A stretch of DNA of 64,000 nt from contig CAMIXH010000003.1 of the NCBI GenBank assembly GCA_946402735.1, positions 65,472-129,471 on the forward strand, read 5' to 3'. The notes beneath the pieces are model-generated. The model searched no databases. It was not told the DNA's origin and saw only the letters and a list, made by a program, of their open reading frames with translations. The translations under genes and the position numbers were made by a program. The DNA is from an uncultured Mycoplasmatota bacterium. GTDB taxonomy: Bacteria; Bacillota_I; Bacilli_A; RF39; UBA660. This document shows positions 19,528-29,334 of this stretch, piece after piece (within the stretch, counting starts at the first letter, position 1; every line of letters starts with the position of its first letter).

Positions 19528-20736
19528 CTATTTAGTTAATTCTATAATCTTTTTAACAGTTTTAACTGATGCTTCTCCTTTTTCATAACATCCTAATCTA
19601 TCTAAATACTTATCTACCTCTTTCAAATATTTCTTTTCATTGAAATCAAGTATTTTATTATATAACTCTTCATTATTTTCTGCAACTTTAAATGGTGTTG
19701 AACTTAAAGGATAATAAAATCCTCTTTCATCATCAATATATTTTTGAATATCACTTGCATATAAGAATCCGGGTTTTCTAGTTAATACATAATCACACAT
19801 CCAACTAGAATAATCAGTAATACCTAAATCACATGCACATAATAATTCTTGCATATCATTATAATCAGTTACATTAATAACATTCTTAATGTACTTTTTA
19901 GGTATCTCAAGATTTCTTAATCTAAAATGGAATCTTACTAAAACAACCCATTTTCCACCAAATTTCTTTTCTAGGGCTTCTTTTAATTTATTATAATCTA
20001 AATCATATGATTCAAAAGAATAATTATCTCTAAATGTTGGGGCATATAATGCCATTTTAGTATTCTCTGGTATATTGTATAATTCTCTAACCTTTTTAGA
20101 ATACTTTTCAAATTCACCATGTTTATTAAATAAACAATCATTTCTAGTATGACCATATTTTAAGAAAGTAGTTTCTGGCCAATAACTTTCTCTAAATACA
20201 TCTTCTTCAAATTTACTATCTGTAATACAATAATCAGTAACATCTCCAAGATATTTAGCCTTTTTAACCCAATTCTTATCACTTACTGAAGCAGGATCTA
20301 ATCTCTTGAATCCCATAGAACCATGCCATGTTTGAATTATGATTTGTCCTTTTCTCTTCTTTAAATTCATAAATCCAAAGTTAGTAGAGTTATCAACTAT
20401 TATCTTAGAAGTAGCTACTGCTTTAAAGAATTTATACGTATCTCTTCTTACAATTGTTAATTCCTTTGGGTATTGTTCCAAGTCATTCATATTAACTTTT
20501 CTAATAGCCCAATACATTTTATATGGTAATTTTTGTTTAATTATTTCATCCGCAATTGCACGAGCATTGCAATTATAATTTCCTTGAAATGTTAAAAATA
20601 ATATTTGATTTTTATTGATTTTTGAAAATCTTCTAACAAATATTAATAAAAATTTTGAAATTAATGCAACTAATTTAACTTTTATTTTATGTAATAGTTG
20701 TCCTTCTCTTATTGCTATTATTATTTTTTTACACAT
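19528..20736 (-). CDS. TagF/TarL-family poly(alditol phosphate) transferase
   Basis: LYAPTFRD, VRFHF and CDLGITDYSSWMCDYVL motifs. Confidence 0.8.
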   Translation of the reverse strand: MCKKIIIAIREGQLLHKIKVKLVALISKFLLIFVRRFSKINKNQILFLTFQGNYNCNARAIADEIIKQKLPYKMYWAIRKVNMNDLEQYPKELTIVRRDTYKFFKAVATSKIIVDNSTNFGFMNLKKRKGQIIIQTWHGSMGFKRLDPASVSDKNWVKKAKYLGDVTDYCITDSKFEEDVFRESYWPETTFLKYGHTRNDCLFNKHGEFEKYSKKVRELYNIPENTKMALYAPTFRDNYSFESYDLDYNKLKEALEKKFGGKWVVLVRFHFRLRNLEIPKKYIKNVINVTDYNDMQELLCACDLGITDYSSWMCDYVLTRKPGFLYASDIQKYIDDERGFYYPLSSTPFKVAENNEELYNKILDFNEKKYLKEVDKYLDRLGCYEKGEASVKTVKKIIELTK

Positions 20737-20804
20737 CTTTTCTTCTCACCACAATTCAATTTTAACATATTTTTCTATCACTTACAAATTAACGAAACAC
20801 AAAA

Positions 20805-21776
20805 TTACTCTTTTTCTATAAGAAAACTAAGCATTTCTTCTTTTTCTTTTTTTCCGTTGATTATATCATAAATTAGATTAATTATCGGCATTTTTACTCT
20901 CTTTTTTCTAACTAATTTATGAATAGATTTTAATGTATACATACCTTCAACAGTAGTAGTTTCTAAATACTTATCTATTTCTCTTTTAGTAGCACCATTA
21001 CCAATCAAATAACCAAAACTAAAGTTTCTTGATTCTTTTGAAGTACATGTCATTAAAATATCACCAAAACCTGCAAAACTAAGAATTGTTTTCTTTTTTC
21101 CACCTAAAGCTTTTATTAGATTTTTAACATCATTCATACTTTCTGTTAAAAATAGTGCTCTAGTTGAATCAGTAACTCCCATTCCTTCTAACATACCTGA
21201 TGCTATTGCCATAACATTTTTAATGCTTCCACATATTTCTACGCCTTTAACATCTCTACTTCTTCTAAATTTAGTTGTACTATTTTCAAAACACTTTCTT
21301 ACTATTTTCTCTGTACTAGGATAAGTAGTAGCAAGAGAAAAACCTACAGGACTTTCTTTAATAATATCAACAGCAAAAGTAGGTCCTGATATAACACCAT
21401 ATTTATTTTTTGAATAATTTCTAAATATATCATTTAAAAACATACATGTGTCTTGTTGAATACCTTTAGTAGCAATTAATACATGTGCTTTTTTATCCAA
21501 ATGCTTAACTAATAATTTAGTTGTTTCTTCAAATGCAAAAGCAGGAACGGCTATTACTACTAAGTCCTTCCCTTCTACAGCATCTTTAATATTACTTTCT
21601 ATTGTTATATTTTTTGGTATTTTATATTCTGGTAATTTTTTACCTATTCTTGTTCTTTCTAATTCTTCTTTTTCTTCATCTCTATGTGTCCATAAGGTTA
21701 AGTCAATATTATTTTTTGATACAATACTTGATAAGGCTAAACCATAAGCTCCACAACCTAAAATACATACTTTCAT
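20805..21776 (-). CDS. gpsA: NAD(P)H-dependent glycerol-3-phosphate dehydrogenase
   Basis: MKVCILGCGAYG, ATKGI, GPTFA and KNVMAIASG motifs. Confidence 0.85.
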   Translation of the reverse strand: MKVCILGCGAYGLALSSIVSKNNIDLTLWTHRDEEKEELERTRIGKKLPEYKIPKNITIESNIKDAVEGKDLVVIAVPAFAFEETTKLLVKHLDKKAHVLIATKGIQQDTCMFLNDIFRNYSKNKYGVISGPTFAVDIIKESPVGFSLATTYPSTEKIVRKCFENSTTKFRRSRDVKGVEICGSIKNVMAIASGMLEGMGVTDSTRALFLTESMNDVKNLIKALGGKKKTILSFAGFGDILMTCTSKESRNFSFGYLIGNGATKREIDKYLETTTVEGMYTLKSIHKLVRKKRVKMPIINLIYDIINGKKEKEEMLSFLIEKE

Positions 21777-21801
21777 AAGGATACCTCTAAGAATATTGTA
21801 T

Positions 21802-21832
21802 AAAAAAAACCATATAATTGCAAACTATATGG
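21802..21832 (-). terminator. rho-independent terminator after tagO-like gene
   Basis: Arms ccatata (21810-21816) and tatatgg (21826-21832). The A8 run at 21802-21809 gives U8 on the minus strand. Confidence 0.65.
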
Positions 21833-21841
21833 TCTATTTTT

Positions 21842-22894
21842 TTATTTATTTTTCTTTTCAAAAATTACTTCTGTTTTTAGTACTAGGAATAACACTATAA
21901 GTATCAAAATAACATAACAAACCATTACTATTTTCTTAAATCCTAATATATAGAAGATTGTTGTTATTGAGAATACTAAGTTTATTCCATATATAGCAAG
22001 TAATGATGAAGTTTTACTAAGTCTTTTTAAGAATTGATGATGAATATGCTCTTTATCAGCATGATCAATTGCTTCACCTTTAAGTTTTCTTCTTATTATT
22101 GCAAATAGTGTATCCATAATTGGAATAGCTAGTAAGAACATTGGAATAATAAGTGATGTTAATGTAGTTGTTTTAAATCCAATTAAGAATACAACTGACA
22201 TCATTAATCCTAAGAATGTACTTCCTGCATCTCCTTGATATATTGAAGCTGGTGGGAAATTGTGAACTAAGTATCCTAAAGTACTACCTAGCATTATAAT
22301 AGTTAAAATAATATCTAGTCCACCAAACTTATTTAATAAAAATCCTATAATTGCTATTGTTAAAAAGTATATCGAAGATATTCCAGCACATAAACCATCT
22401 AATCCATCAATCAAGTTAATTGCATTTATCATAGCTACTATTATTAATATAGTAACAAATGGAGCAAATACACCAAAATTAATTGATAATCCAAATATAC
22501 TAGCCTTTGATAACTCTAGTCCTCCATAGAAAACTACTATACAAGCAACTATTATTTGAACAATTACTTTGTATTTATTAGGCATTGGTGTTTCACTCTT
22601 AGTCATATCATCAAATAATCCAAGTAACATTATCAAGAATGATGATATTAAAATTGATAGCATTAAATTATTCTTAGGAGCAAATAACATATAACCTAGT
22701 AAGAATGCAAAGAATATACCTATTCCACCTAGCAATGGTACTGGTTTTGTATGTATTTTTCTCTTATCATTAGGATAATCTAATACCTTTAAAAATATAG
22801 CTACTCTCTTCATTATTTCTACAAATACAATTGATGCTAAGAAAGTAACTCCTAATATCAAAAATATATTGTATCCGTTAACGTTAAAACTCAT
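21842..22894 (-). CDS. tagO: glycosyltransferase family 4, undecaprenyl-phosphate GlcNAc-1-P transferase (TagO/WecA-like)
   Basis: Polytopic protein with LFDDM, NAINLIDGLDGL and HHQF motifs of the MraY/WecA family. Confidence 0.85.
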   Translation of the reverse strand: MSFNVNGYNIFLILGVTFLASIVFVEIMKRVAIFLKVLDYPNDKRKIHTKPVPLLGGIGIFFAFLLGYMLFAPKNNLMLSILISSFLIMLLGLFDDMTKSETPMPNKYKVIVQIIVACIVVFYGGLELSKASIFGLSINFGVFAPFVTILIIVAMINAINLIDGLDGLCAGISSIYFLTIAIIGFLLNKFGGLDIILTIIMLGSTLGYLVHNFPPASIYQGDAGSTFLGLMMSVVFLIGFKTTTLTSLIIPMFLLAIPIMDTLFAIIRRKLKGEAIDHADKEHIHHQFLKRLSKTSSLLAIYGINLVFSITTIFYILGFKKIVMVCYVILILIVLFLVLKTEVIFEKKNK

Positions 22895-22994
22895 ATAATC
22901 ACGTCCTATGGATATTATACTATAATAAATTATAAATTTTCAACTAAATGCAGTGTAAAGTCCGTTGTATTCTAATGAAATGAGATTTGTTTTT

Positions 22995-23003
22995 TGCTAT
23001 AAT
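22995..23003 (+). promoter_or_regulatory. extended -10 element for the plus-strand operon
   Basis: tgctataat (TGnTATAAT) lies about 38 nt upstream of the ATG. AGGAGG RBS at 23026-23031. Confidence 0.4.
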
Positions 23004-23040
23004 GATATTAATAAAAATGAGGTATAGGAGGTGTATTTAA

Positions 23041-25308
23041 ATGAAAAAGAAGATATTATTCTTTATAATCGTTTCTTTATTCTTTTGTATGCCTACTGTT
23101 TTACTAGCCGATTATGATGCTTATATCAACGATAATTACGTTAATATAAGAAAGAGTGCTACTACCTCATCAACCTCTTTATATAAGGTGAATAAGAATA
23201 CTGAAATAAAAGTTGTTGATAAAAAGTTAATATCAGGATCTGGATGTTCTAGTAAATGGTATAAAATAACTTATAAAGGAACAACTGGATATGTTTGTTC
23301 TCGTTATGTAAGTTTTAAATCAACTACTTTTAGTGGAATAAATGTTATAGATTATACTGCAAGAGTAAATGCTAACAATGTAACAGTTAGAAAAGATAAA
23401 ACTACTAAATCAGATGCACTTGCTACACTAACTCTAGGAGCAAATGTAGAAATATTATCATCTCATGAAGCGTCTAATTCAGGATGTTCTACAAATATTT
23501 GGTATAAAATTAGTTATTACAATAATAAAATTGGATATATGTGTTCAAAATATGTAACAAAGAAATCTGATATAACATCAACTAATGAAGAGTATGCACA
23601 AGTATTAAGAGAAGAAGGTTTCCCAGATAGTTATATTCCATATTTAACATACTTACACAATAAATATCCAAATTGGACATTTAAAGCTAAAAATACAAAT
23701 TCTAATTTTGCTGATGCTGTAGATGCTGAAGAAGGCATTAACTATATGCAAACAACAAATAATAATTATAGAATTTCTACAGTTCCAGCTGAAGGATCTA
23801 CTTGGTTTAGAGTAAACGAAGGTGTTATAGCATTTTATATGGATCCTAGAAACTGGTTAACTAAAGAAAGAATATTCATGTTCGAAAAATTAGATTATGC
23901 TGATTCTTATGAAGATATGTATCTTGATTTAGTTAAAGCTCTATTTGGAGATGGAACACTAGGAGCTGATACATATACAGTACCAATGTGTACTTATGGA
24001 AAACAATATAGAGTTAGTCCACTTCACATTGGAAGTAGAATTAGATTAGAAGTTGGAAAGAATGGTAGTCATTCAACAGATGGTGGATCATTTACTTATA
24101 AAGGTAAAACATATAGTGGATATTATAACTTCTTTAATATAGGAGCTTATCCACAAACTATAGATGGTGTTGAATATTCAGCAATCACTATGGGACTTGT
24201 TAAAGCTAAAAGTAATGGATGGAATACTGTTGAAAAAGCAATCGAAGGTGGAGTTAAATTCCTAGCTAATGGTTATATTACTAAAGGACAAGGAACACTA
24301 TATTATCAAAAATTTAATGTTTCACCAGATTCAGAACCATATTCAACAAAATACTTACATCAATATATGACTAATATTCAAGCACCAGCTACTGAAGGAA
24401 ATCAAAACTATAATTCATATAAAAGTTCTGGAATACTTTCAAATCCATTTATTTTTGAAATACCAGTTTATAATAATATGCCAGCTTATACTTCTCTACC
24501 TGCTTCAGGAGATGGAGATAATACGCTTAAATCATTAAGTGTTACTGGATTCTCTATTGAACCTACATTTGATAAAGATGTATTAAATTATGAAGTTAAT
24601 GTACCAGCAGGAACTAATACAGTTACAATTGTTGCTAATGCTAATTCATCAAAAGCAACTATTAGTGGTGCTGGAGAAGTAGAAATAACTGAAGATACAA
24701 CTGTTATTACTATTACAGTAAAAGCTGAAGTTGGTGATGAAAAGAAATATGTTATTACTATATTAAGAAGTACTACTACAAATGGTGATAATGGTAATAG
24801 CGAAGTTCCAGGAAATGGTGGAAACACTGATCCAGGTGAAGGAGGAAATACTACTCCTACTACACCAGAAGTAACATATAAGAGTGTAGCTCAAATATTA
24901 AAAGATTCTGGAATTGATGTATCAAATAAAACAATAACTAATATAAAATATAATGTTAAAGCATCAACAGTATTAAATAAATTAACTAAGAATGGCGCTA
25001 GTAGTGTAGTACTTAAGAATAAGAGCAATACAGTTATTAAAGATAGTACACTAATAGGTACTGGTTCTACTGTAACAATAACTAGTGGAAATGAAACTGT
25101 TACTTATACATTCGCTATTAAAGGTGATATATCAGGTGATGGTAAAATAACTATGGTTGATTTATTACAAGTATTAAAACATATTAAAAATGATAAAAAA
25201 TTAAGTGGTGTTTATTTATCTTCAGCAGATACATCTCTAGATAATAAAGTAACTATGGTCGATTTATTAAAAATATTAAAACATATTAAAGGCGATAAAA
25301 AGTTATAG
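23041..25308 (+). CDS. secreted cell-wall hydrolase: 2x SH3b + GH73-like N-acetylglucosaminidase + cadherin-like beta-sandwich + C-terminal dockerin
   Basis: Signal peptide. Two repeats of the form NVRK..T..S..L..V......S..GCS..WYKI.Y....GY.CS.YV (SH3b). GTLYYQKFNV...HQYMTNIQAP (glucosaminidase-like). LKSLSVTGFSIEPTFDKDVLNYEVNV (cadherin-like). Two EF-hand loops, DISGDGKITMVD and DTSLDNKVTMVD (dockerin). Confidence 0.65.
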   Translation: MKKKILFFIIVSLFFCMPTVLLADYDAYINDNYVNIRKSATTSSTSLYKVNKNTEIKVVDKKLISGSGCSSKWYKITYKGTTGYVCSRYVSFKSTTFSGINVIDYTARVNANNVTVRKDKTTKSDALATLTLGANVEILSSHEASNSGCSTNIWYKISYYNNKIGYMCSKYVTKKSDITSTNEEYAQVLREEGFPDSYIPYLTYLHNKYPNWTFKAKNTNSNFADAVDAEEGINYMQTTNNNYRISTVPAEGSTWFRVNEGVIAFYMDPRNWLTKERIFMFEKLDYADSYEDMYLDLVKALFGDGTLGADTYTVPMCTYGKQYRVSPLHIGSRIRLEVGKNGSHSTDGGSFTYKGKTYSGYYNFFNIGAYPQTIDGVEYSAITMGLVKAKSNGWNTVEKAIEGGVKFLANGYITKGQGTLYYQKFNVSPDSEPYSTKYLHQYMTNIQAPATEGNQNYNSYKSSGILSNPFIFEIPVYNNMPAYTSLPASGDGDNTLKSLSVTGFSIEPTFDKDVLNYEVNVPAGTNTVTIVANANSSKATISGAGEVEITEDTTVITITVKAEVGDEKKYVITILRSTTTNGDNGNSEVPGNGGNTDPGEGGNTTPTTPEVTYKSVAQILKDSGIDVSNKTITNIKYNVKASTVLNKLTKNGASSVVLKNKSNTVIKDSTLIGTGSTVTITSGNETVTYTFAIKGDISGDGKITMVDLLQVLKHIKNDKKLSGVYLSSADTSLDNKVTMVDLLKILKHIKGDKKL

Positions 25309-25318
25309 GAGGATATAA

Positions 25319-26770
25319 ATGAAAAAGATAATTAAGGGATTATTACTTGTTTTGTTTGGGTTATTTATTACTATAAGTAATCCACAAAACTTACTAGCAT
25401 CTTCTGCATCAATTAGTATATCCTCTTCATCAAGTAAAGTTGTTGTAGGAAAAACATTTCATGTTTATTTTAAAGTATCATCTTCTTCTAAGATTGGTAC
25501 CGTTGAATTTACCCCAACATATGATAAAAGTGTATTAAAACTTGTAAGTGGAGATACTCATGTAACAGATTATGATGTTTATGGTAAAAAATCAAAAACA
25601 TATACTTATACTTTTAAAGCTATAAGTAGTGGTTCATCAAAAATATCTATTAAATCATATGAAGTATTAGACTTTGATACTAAAAGAATGTCTGTATCAG
25701 TTTCAACAAAAACAGTTAAAGTTATAACACAATCTCAACTAGAAGCTTCATATTCAAAAAATAATGATTTAAAAAGTTTAAAGATAGATGGATTAACACT
25801 TAGTCCTAAATTTGATGATGATACATTAAAATATACTGCTCAAGCAGGTGCTAATACTACTAGTATCAATATTAAAGCAACTGCAGAAGATTCAAGATCA
25901 AAAATAAGTGGTACTGGTAAAAAAACTGTATCTGAAGGAGAAAATAAATTCAAAATTGTAGTTACTGCTCAGAATGGAAGTACTAAAACATATACAGTAA
26001 TTGTTAATGTAACAGATCCTAATCCTATTGAAGTAGTAATTAATGATCAAAAATATACAATAGTTAAAAGAGAATCTAATTTAGGAAAAGTAACTGACTT
26101 TTCTAATAAAACAATAAAAATAAATAATCAAAACGTCCCTGCCCTATATAATGAAGATAATAAAATAACGCTTGTTGGTTTAAAAAATAGCGAAGGAGAC
26201 ATAGTATTATATAGTTATAATGAAGAAGATAACTCATATAAGGAATTTAATGATATAATATTATCAAAACTTAGAATGATACCGCTTGATATGGATAAAA
26301 AAATAAATGATTATAAAAGTGAAACAATTACTATTGATGAAGTAAATGTTGAAGCTTTAAATGTTAATGATCACATCTATATCATTAAAGCTAAGAATTT
26401 TGATACAACTGAAGAAGAATATTATTTCTATGATAAAGATAATAATACAGTAATTAAATATTATGAAGGTGAAAAAGATAATTCCCCTATCATAATAAAT
26501 TCTGATGTATCCCATTATAAAAAGATGATAATGCTTCTAGGTATAGAAACAGTTGTTATAATATTTGTTCTTATTTGTATATTGATTAGAAAAGTAAGAA
26601 GAAATAAGAAGAAAAGAGAATACTTACAAAAGAAGATAGAAGAAGAAAAGAAAAGAATTGAGGAAGTTGAACAACTAAAAAGTGAAATTAAAAAATTAGA
26701 AAGTAAAACTTCGAAAACTAAAGCTAGAAAGAAAGAAGTGTCAAAGGATGAAGTCAAGAAAAAGAAGTAG
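25319..26770 (+). CDS. membrane-anchored protein with cohesin-like module and cadherin-like beta-sandwich
   Basis: Signal peptide. VVVGKTFHVYFKVSSSSKIGTVEFTPTYDKSVLKLVSG resembles a cohesin beta-sandwich. LKSLKIDGLTLSPKFDDDTLKYTAQ is cadherin-like. C-terminal TM (IMLLGIETVVIIFVLICILI) followed by a K/E-rich tail. Confidence 0.5.
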   Translation: MKKIIKGLLLVLFGLFITISNPQNLLASSASISISSSSSKVVVGKTFHVYFKVSSSSKIGTVEFTPTYDKSVLKLVSGDTHVTDYDVYGKKSKTYTYTFKAISSGSSKISIKSYEVLDFDTKRMSVSVSTKTVKVITQSQLEASYSKNNDLKSLKIDGLTLSPKFDDDTLKYTAQAGANTTSINIKATAEDSRSKISGTGKKTVSEGENKFKIVVTAQNGSTKTYTVIVNVTDPNPIEVVINDQKYTIVKRESNLGKVTDFSNKTIKINNQNVPALYNEDNKITLVGLKNSEGDIVLYSYNEEDNSYKEFNDIILSKLRMIPLDMDKKINDYKSETITIDEVNVEALNVNDHIYIIKAKNFDTTEEEYYFYDKDNNTVIKYYEGEKDNSPIIINSDVSHYKKMIMLLGIETVVIIFVLICILIRKVRRNKKKREYLQKKIEEEKKRIEEVEQLKSEIKKLESKTSKTKARKKEVSKDEVKKKK

Positions 26771-28682
26771 ATTATTAAGAGCAATTATTAGTTTTATATT
26801 TATAGTAGTACAATTTGTATCCTTAGTAGCATTAAGTTATTCATTAATACTATATAAAGGTGTTGAAACATTCTATAGATGTTTTGCTATTTTAATATTC
26901 ATATATTTCTTTTTCTTTTTTTCTTACCTATTACTTAGAAGTATTAAACTAAAAACTAAAAAATCTATTTTGATTCCATTATTATTATCAATATTAATTT
27001 CAACATTATCATTTGGAGTCTTTTATTACTTAACAAAGATTTATTCTTCTATAAATCAATATAGTAATAAAGAAAATATGTATTATAGTTCTTTAGTTAC
27101 ATATAATAAAGAATTAAATAGTGAAAAAGATTTAAATAAAATGAAAATTGGTATTGTAAATGATCAAAAAGATATAGAAGGATATATTCTTCCTAGTGAA
27201 GCAATAAGTAATCTAAAATTAGATAAATCAAATACAATAGTTAAATATGATTCTACTATGGAATTATTACACGCATTAAAAAATAAAGAAATAGATGCTG
27301 CTTTCTTTAGTAGAAACTATATAGATATGTTCTATTCTGTTGAAGGATTTGAAAATATTGAAGAAGAAACTAAAGTACTATATACAATAGAAAAAGAATA
27401 TGAAAGTAATGAAGAAGATATAAAGAATTCAACAGCATCATTTGATAAACCACTTAGTATGTTATTAATTGGAGTAGATTCTTCACAAGATGGTGTTACT
27501 TCTGGATATAATGCTGATGTATTATTACTTGCTACATTTAATCCAGAAACACTAAGAGTGACACTTACTAGTGTACCAAGAGATATGTATCTTAAAACTG
27601 CATGTTCAAATGGTAAGTATAGAAGAATTAATACTACTACTTGGGGAAGCTCATCTAGTTGTGCTGTTCAAACAATAGAAAAATTATTTGATGTAGATAT
27701 TGATTATTATGCAAAAATTAATTTTAAGGGTGTTGTTAAATTAGTAAATGCTATTGGTGGAATAGATGTTAATGTAGACTACCCTATTTGTGAACAAAAT
27801 AGTTCAAGAAAATGGGGAAAGAATACTGTATTTATTAAAAAAGGAAAACAACATTTAAATGGTGAACAAGCTTTAGCTTTAGCAAGAAATAGACATAAAC
27901 CTAATGACGGAAGCAAAGCTGGTACACATATGGCTAAATATTGTCCTACATGGACTAAAGGATCAAGAAATGATTATACAAGAGGAAGAAATCAAATGAA
28001 AGTAATCTTAGGAATAGTTGATGCTGCTACTAAGATTAAAGATCCAAATAAAGTAATATCTGTATTAGATACAATTAAATCTAACTTCCAAACTAATGTT
28101 ACATCTAAAGACTTGCTTAAGATGTATAACTTAGCTAAATCAATTGTTATATCTGATAATACAAACTTAGTAAATGTACAAAGAAGTCAATTATCTGGAT
28201 ATGATGCTTGGGGATACGTATATGATGTATCATCAAAGAGTTATCCTGCTGTTACTATTCCATATAAAGGAAGTATTCAAGATATAAAAGATGAAATTAA
28301 AGCAAATTTAAATAATCAAAGTATTAAAGCAATTACTAAAATATCATTTGATTTAAATAATCCATATAAAGACACTATAGTTGGACAAGATAAATATAGT
28401 GAAGCTAAGATAGCTACATTAAAAAATTTATCATCATATTCACTTGAAAAGATTAAAACATATGCATCAAGTAATGGATTAAAAGTTAAGTTTATTGATA
28501 AATCTACTAATAAAGAAGTTATAGATATTGATAATTATAAATTTAGTTCTCAAAAAGAACATGTTGATACTATACTTGATCAAATAAGTACTTTAACTAT
28601 ATATGTTAAAGAAAAAGTTGTTTATACACCTCCTGAAGAAGAAAGTACAGAAAGTGAATCAGGAGATAATACTGGAGAATAA
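26748..28682 (+). CDS. LytR-CpsA-Psr (LCP) family glycopolymer-peptidoglycan ligase with C-terminal PASTA-like region
   Basis: N-terminal TM segments. LLIGVDSSQDG...NADVLLLATFNP...TSVPRDMYL and ALALARNRH motifs of the LCP domain. Confidence 0.85.
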   Translation: MKSRKRSRLLRAIISFIFIVVQFVSLVALSYSLILYKGVETFYRCFAILIFIYFFFFFSYLLLRSIKLKTKKSILIPLLLSILISTLSFGVFYYLTKIYSSINQYSNKENMYYSSLVTYNKELNSEKDLNKMKIGIVNDQKDIEGYILPSEAISNLKLDKSNTIVKYDSTMELLHALKNKEIDAAFFSRNYIDMFYSVEGFENIEEETKVLYTIEKEYESNEEDIKNSTASFDKPLSMLLIGVDSSQDGVTSGYNADVLLLATFNPETLRVTLTSVPRDMYLKTACSNGKYRRINTTTWGSSSSCAVQTIEKLFDVDIDYYAKINFKGVVKLVNAIGGIDVNVDYPICEQNSSRKWGKNTVFIKKGKQHLNGEQALALARNRHKPNDGSKAGTHMAKYCPTWTKGSRNDYTRGRNQMKVILGIVDAATKIKDPNKVISVLDTIKSNFQTNVTSKDLLKMYNLAKSIVISDNTNLVNVQRSQLSGYDAWGYVYDVSSKSYPAVTIPYKGSIQDIKDEIKANLNNQSIKAITKISFDLNNPYKDTIVGQDKYSEAKIATLKNLSSYSLEKIKTYASSNGLKVKFIDKSTNKEVIDIDNYKFSSQKEHVDTILDQISTLTIYVKEKVVYTPPEEESTESESGDNTGE

Positions 28683-28705
28683 TAATTCTCCTTTTTTAAT
28701 GCAAT

Positions 28706-28732
28706 AAAAAAGAGTATCACTACTCTCCTTTT
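28706..28732. terminator. bidirectional terminator between convergent genes
   Basis: Arms agagta (28711-28716) and tactct (28721-28726), loop tcac. Flanked by an A5 run and by ccTTTT. Confidence 0.45.
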
Positions 28733-29334
28733 ACTATATATAATAAATCTTTATCTTTTATTACTGTTAGTTTAATACTCGTTTCATAATTGTTTTCTTT
28801 AGTATATGTCCATTTTAATGATACTAAGTATGCTGGATATTCTGTTTTATTATAAGTATACTTTGTTTCAAATACATCTGTTACTTCAATACTTGCAACT
28901 TCAGGTAAAGTTTGTTTTCTTTTACCGTCTAAATTGTTTTTAACATTTTTATATAAAGTATTACCCATATTTTCTTTAAAGTTTTCTCTTAAATCCTTAT
29001 GAATAAAATCCAGACCACCTATATCAGTACCTGATACTTTATTACTAAGAGTAAATACATCTATTATAAAAAGTTTTGAGATACTTTTTGCATATTCTTC
29101 ATAATTTATAGGGGTTTCATTTAAAATCTTCTCTAGGGCCTTAAAATTAGTCTTAAACAGAGGAATATCTCTTTCTTTTAATGAATAACCATATAAATCT
29201 AATGATATTAACTTCTTAGTAGGACTTTGATCCTTAATAAAGTCATTATATGCTTTATATCCAACTATAGAAAATAACATTATTCCTATTAATACAAATA
29301 ATATAATTATTCTTCTATCTTGTTTCTTACTCAC
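28720..29334 (-). CDS. hypothetical N-terminally membrane-anchored protein, translationally coupled to ltaS
   Basis: GTG start (plus-strand cac at 29332-29334) overlapping the ltaS stop by 8 nt. Single TM IIILFVLIGIMLFSIVG. TAG stop. Confidence 0.5.
   Translation of the reverse strand: MSKKQDRRIIILFVLIGIMLFSIVGYKAYNDFIKDQSPTKKLISLDLYGYSLKERDIPLFKTNFKALEKILNETPINYEEYAKSISKLFIIDVFTLSNKVSGTDIGGLDFIHKDLRENFKENMGNTLYKNVKNNLDGKRKQTLPEVASIEVTDVFETKYTYNKTEYPAYLVSLKWTYTKENNYETSIKLTVIKDKDLLYIVKGE

Noticed and set aside
2704-20821. Plus-strand ORFs from the track lying inside minus-strand genes: 2704..2946, 4671..4904, 5201..5464, 9426..9608, 12247..12477, 12595..12795, 13824..14165, 14670..14858, 20339..20578 and 20615..20821.
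   Set aside because: Each is antisense to a gene with clear family motifs. Their products are low-complexity and S/L/I/F-rich, as expected from the antisense of AT-rich coding DNA, and they lack RBSs.
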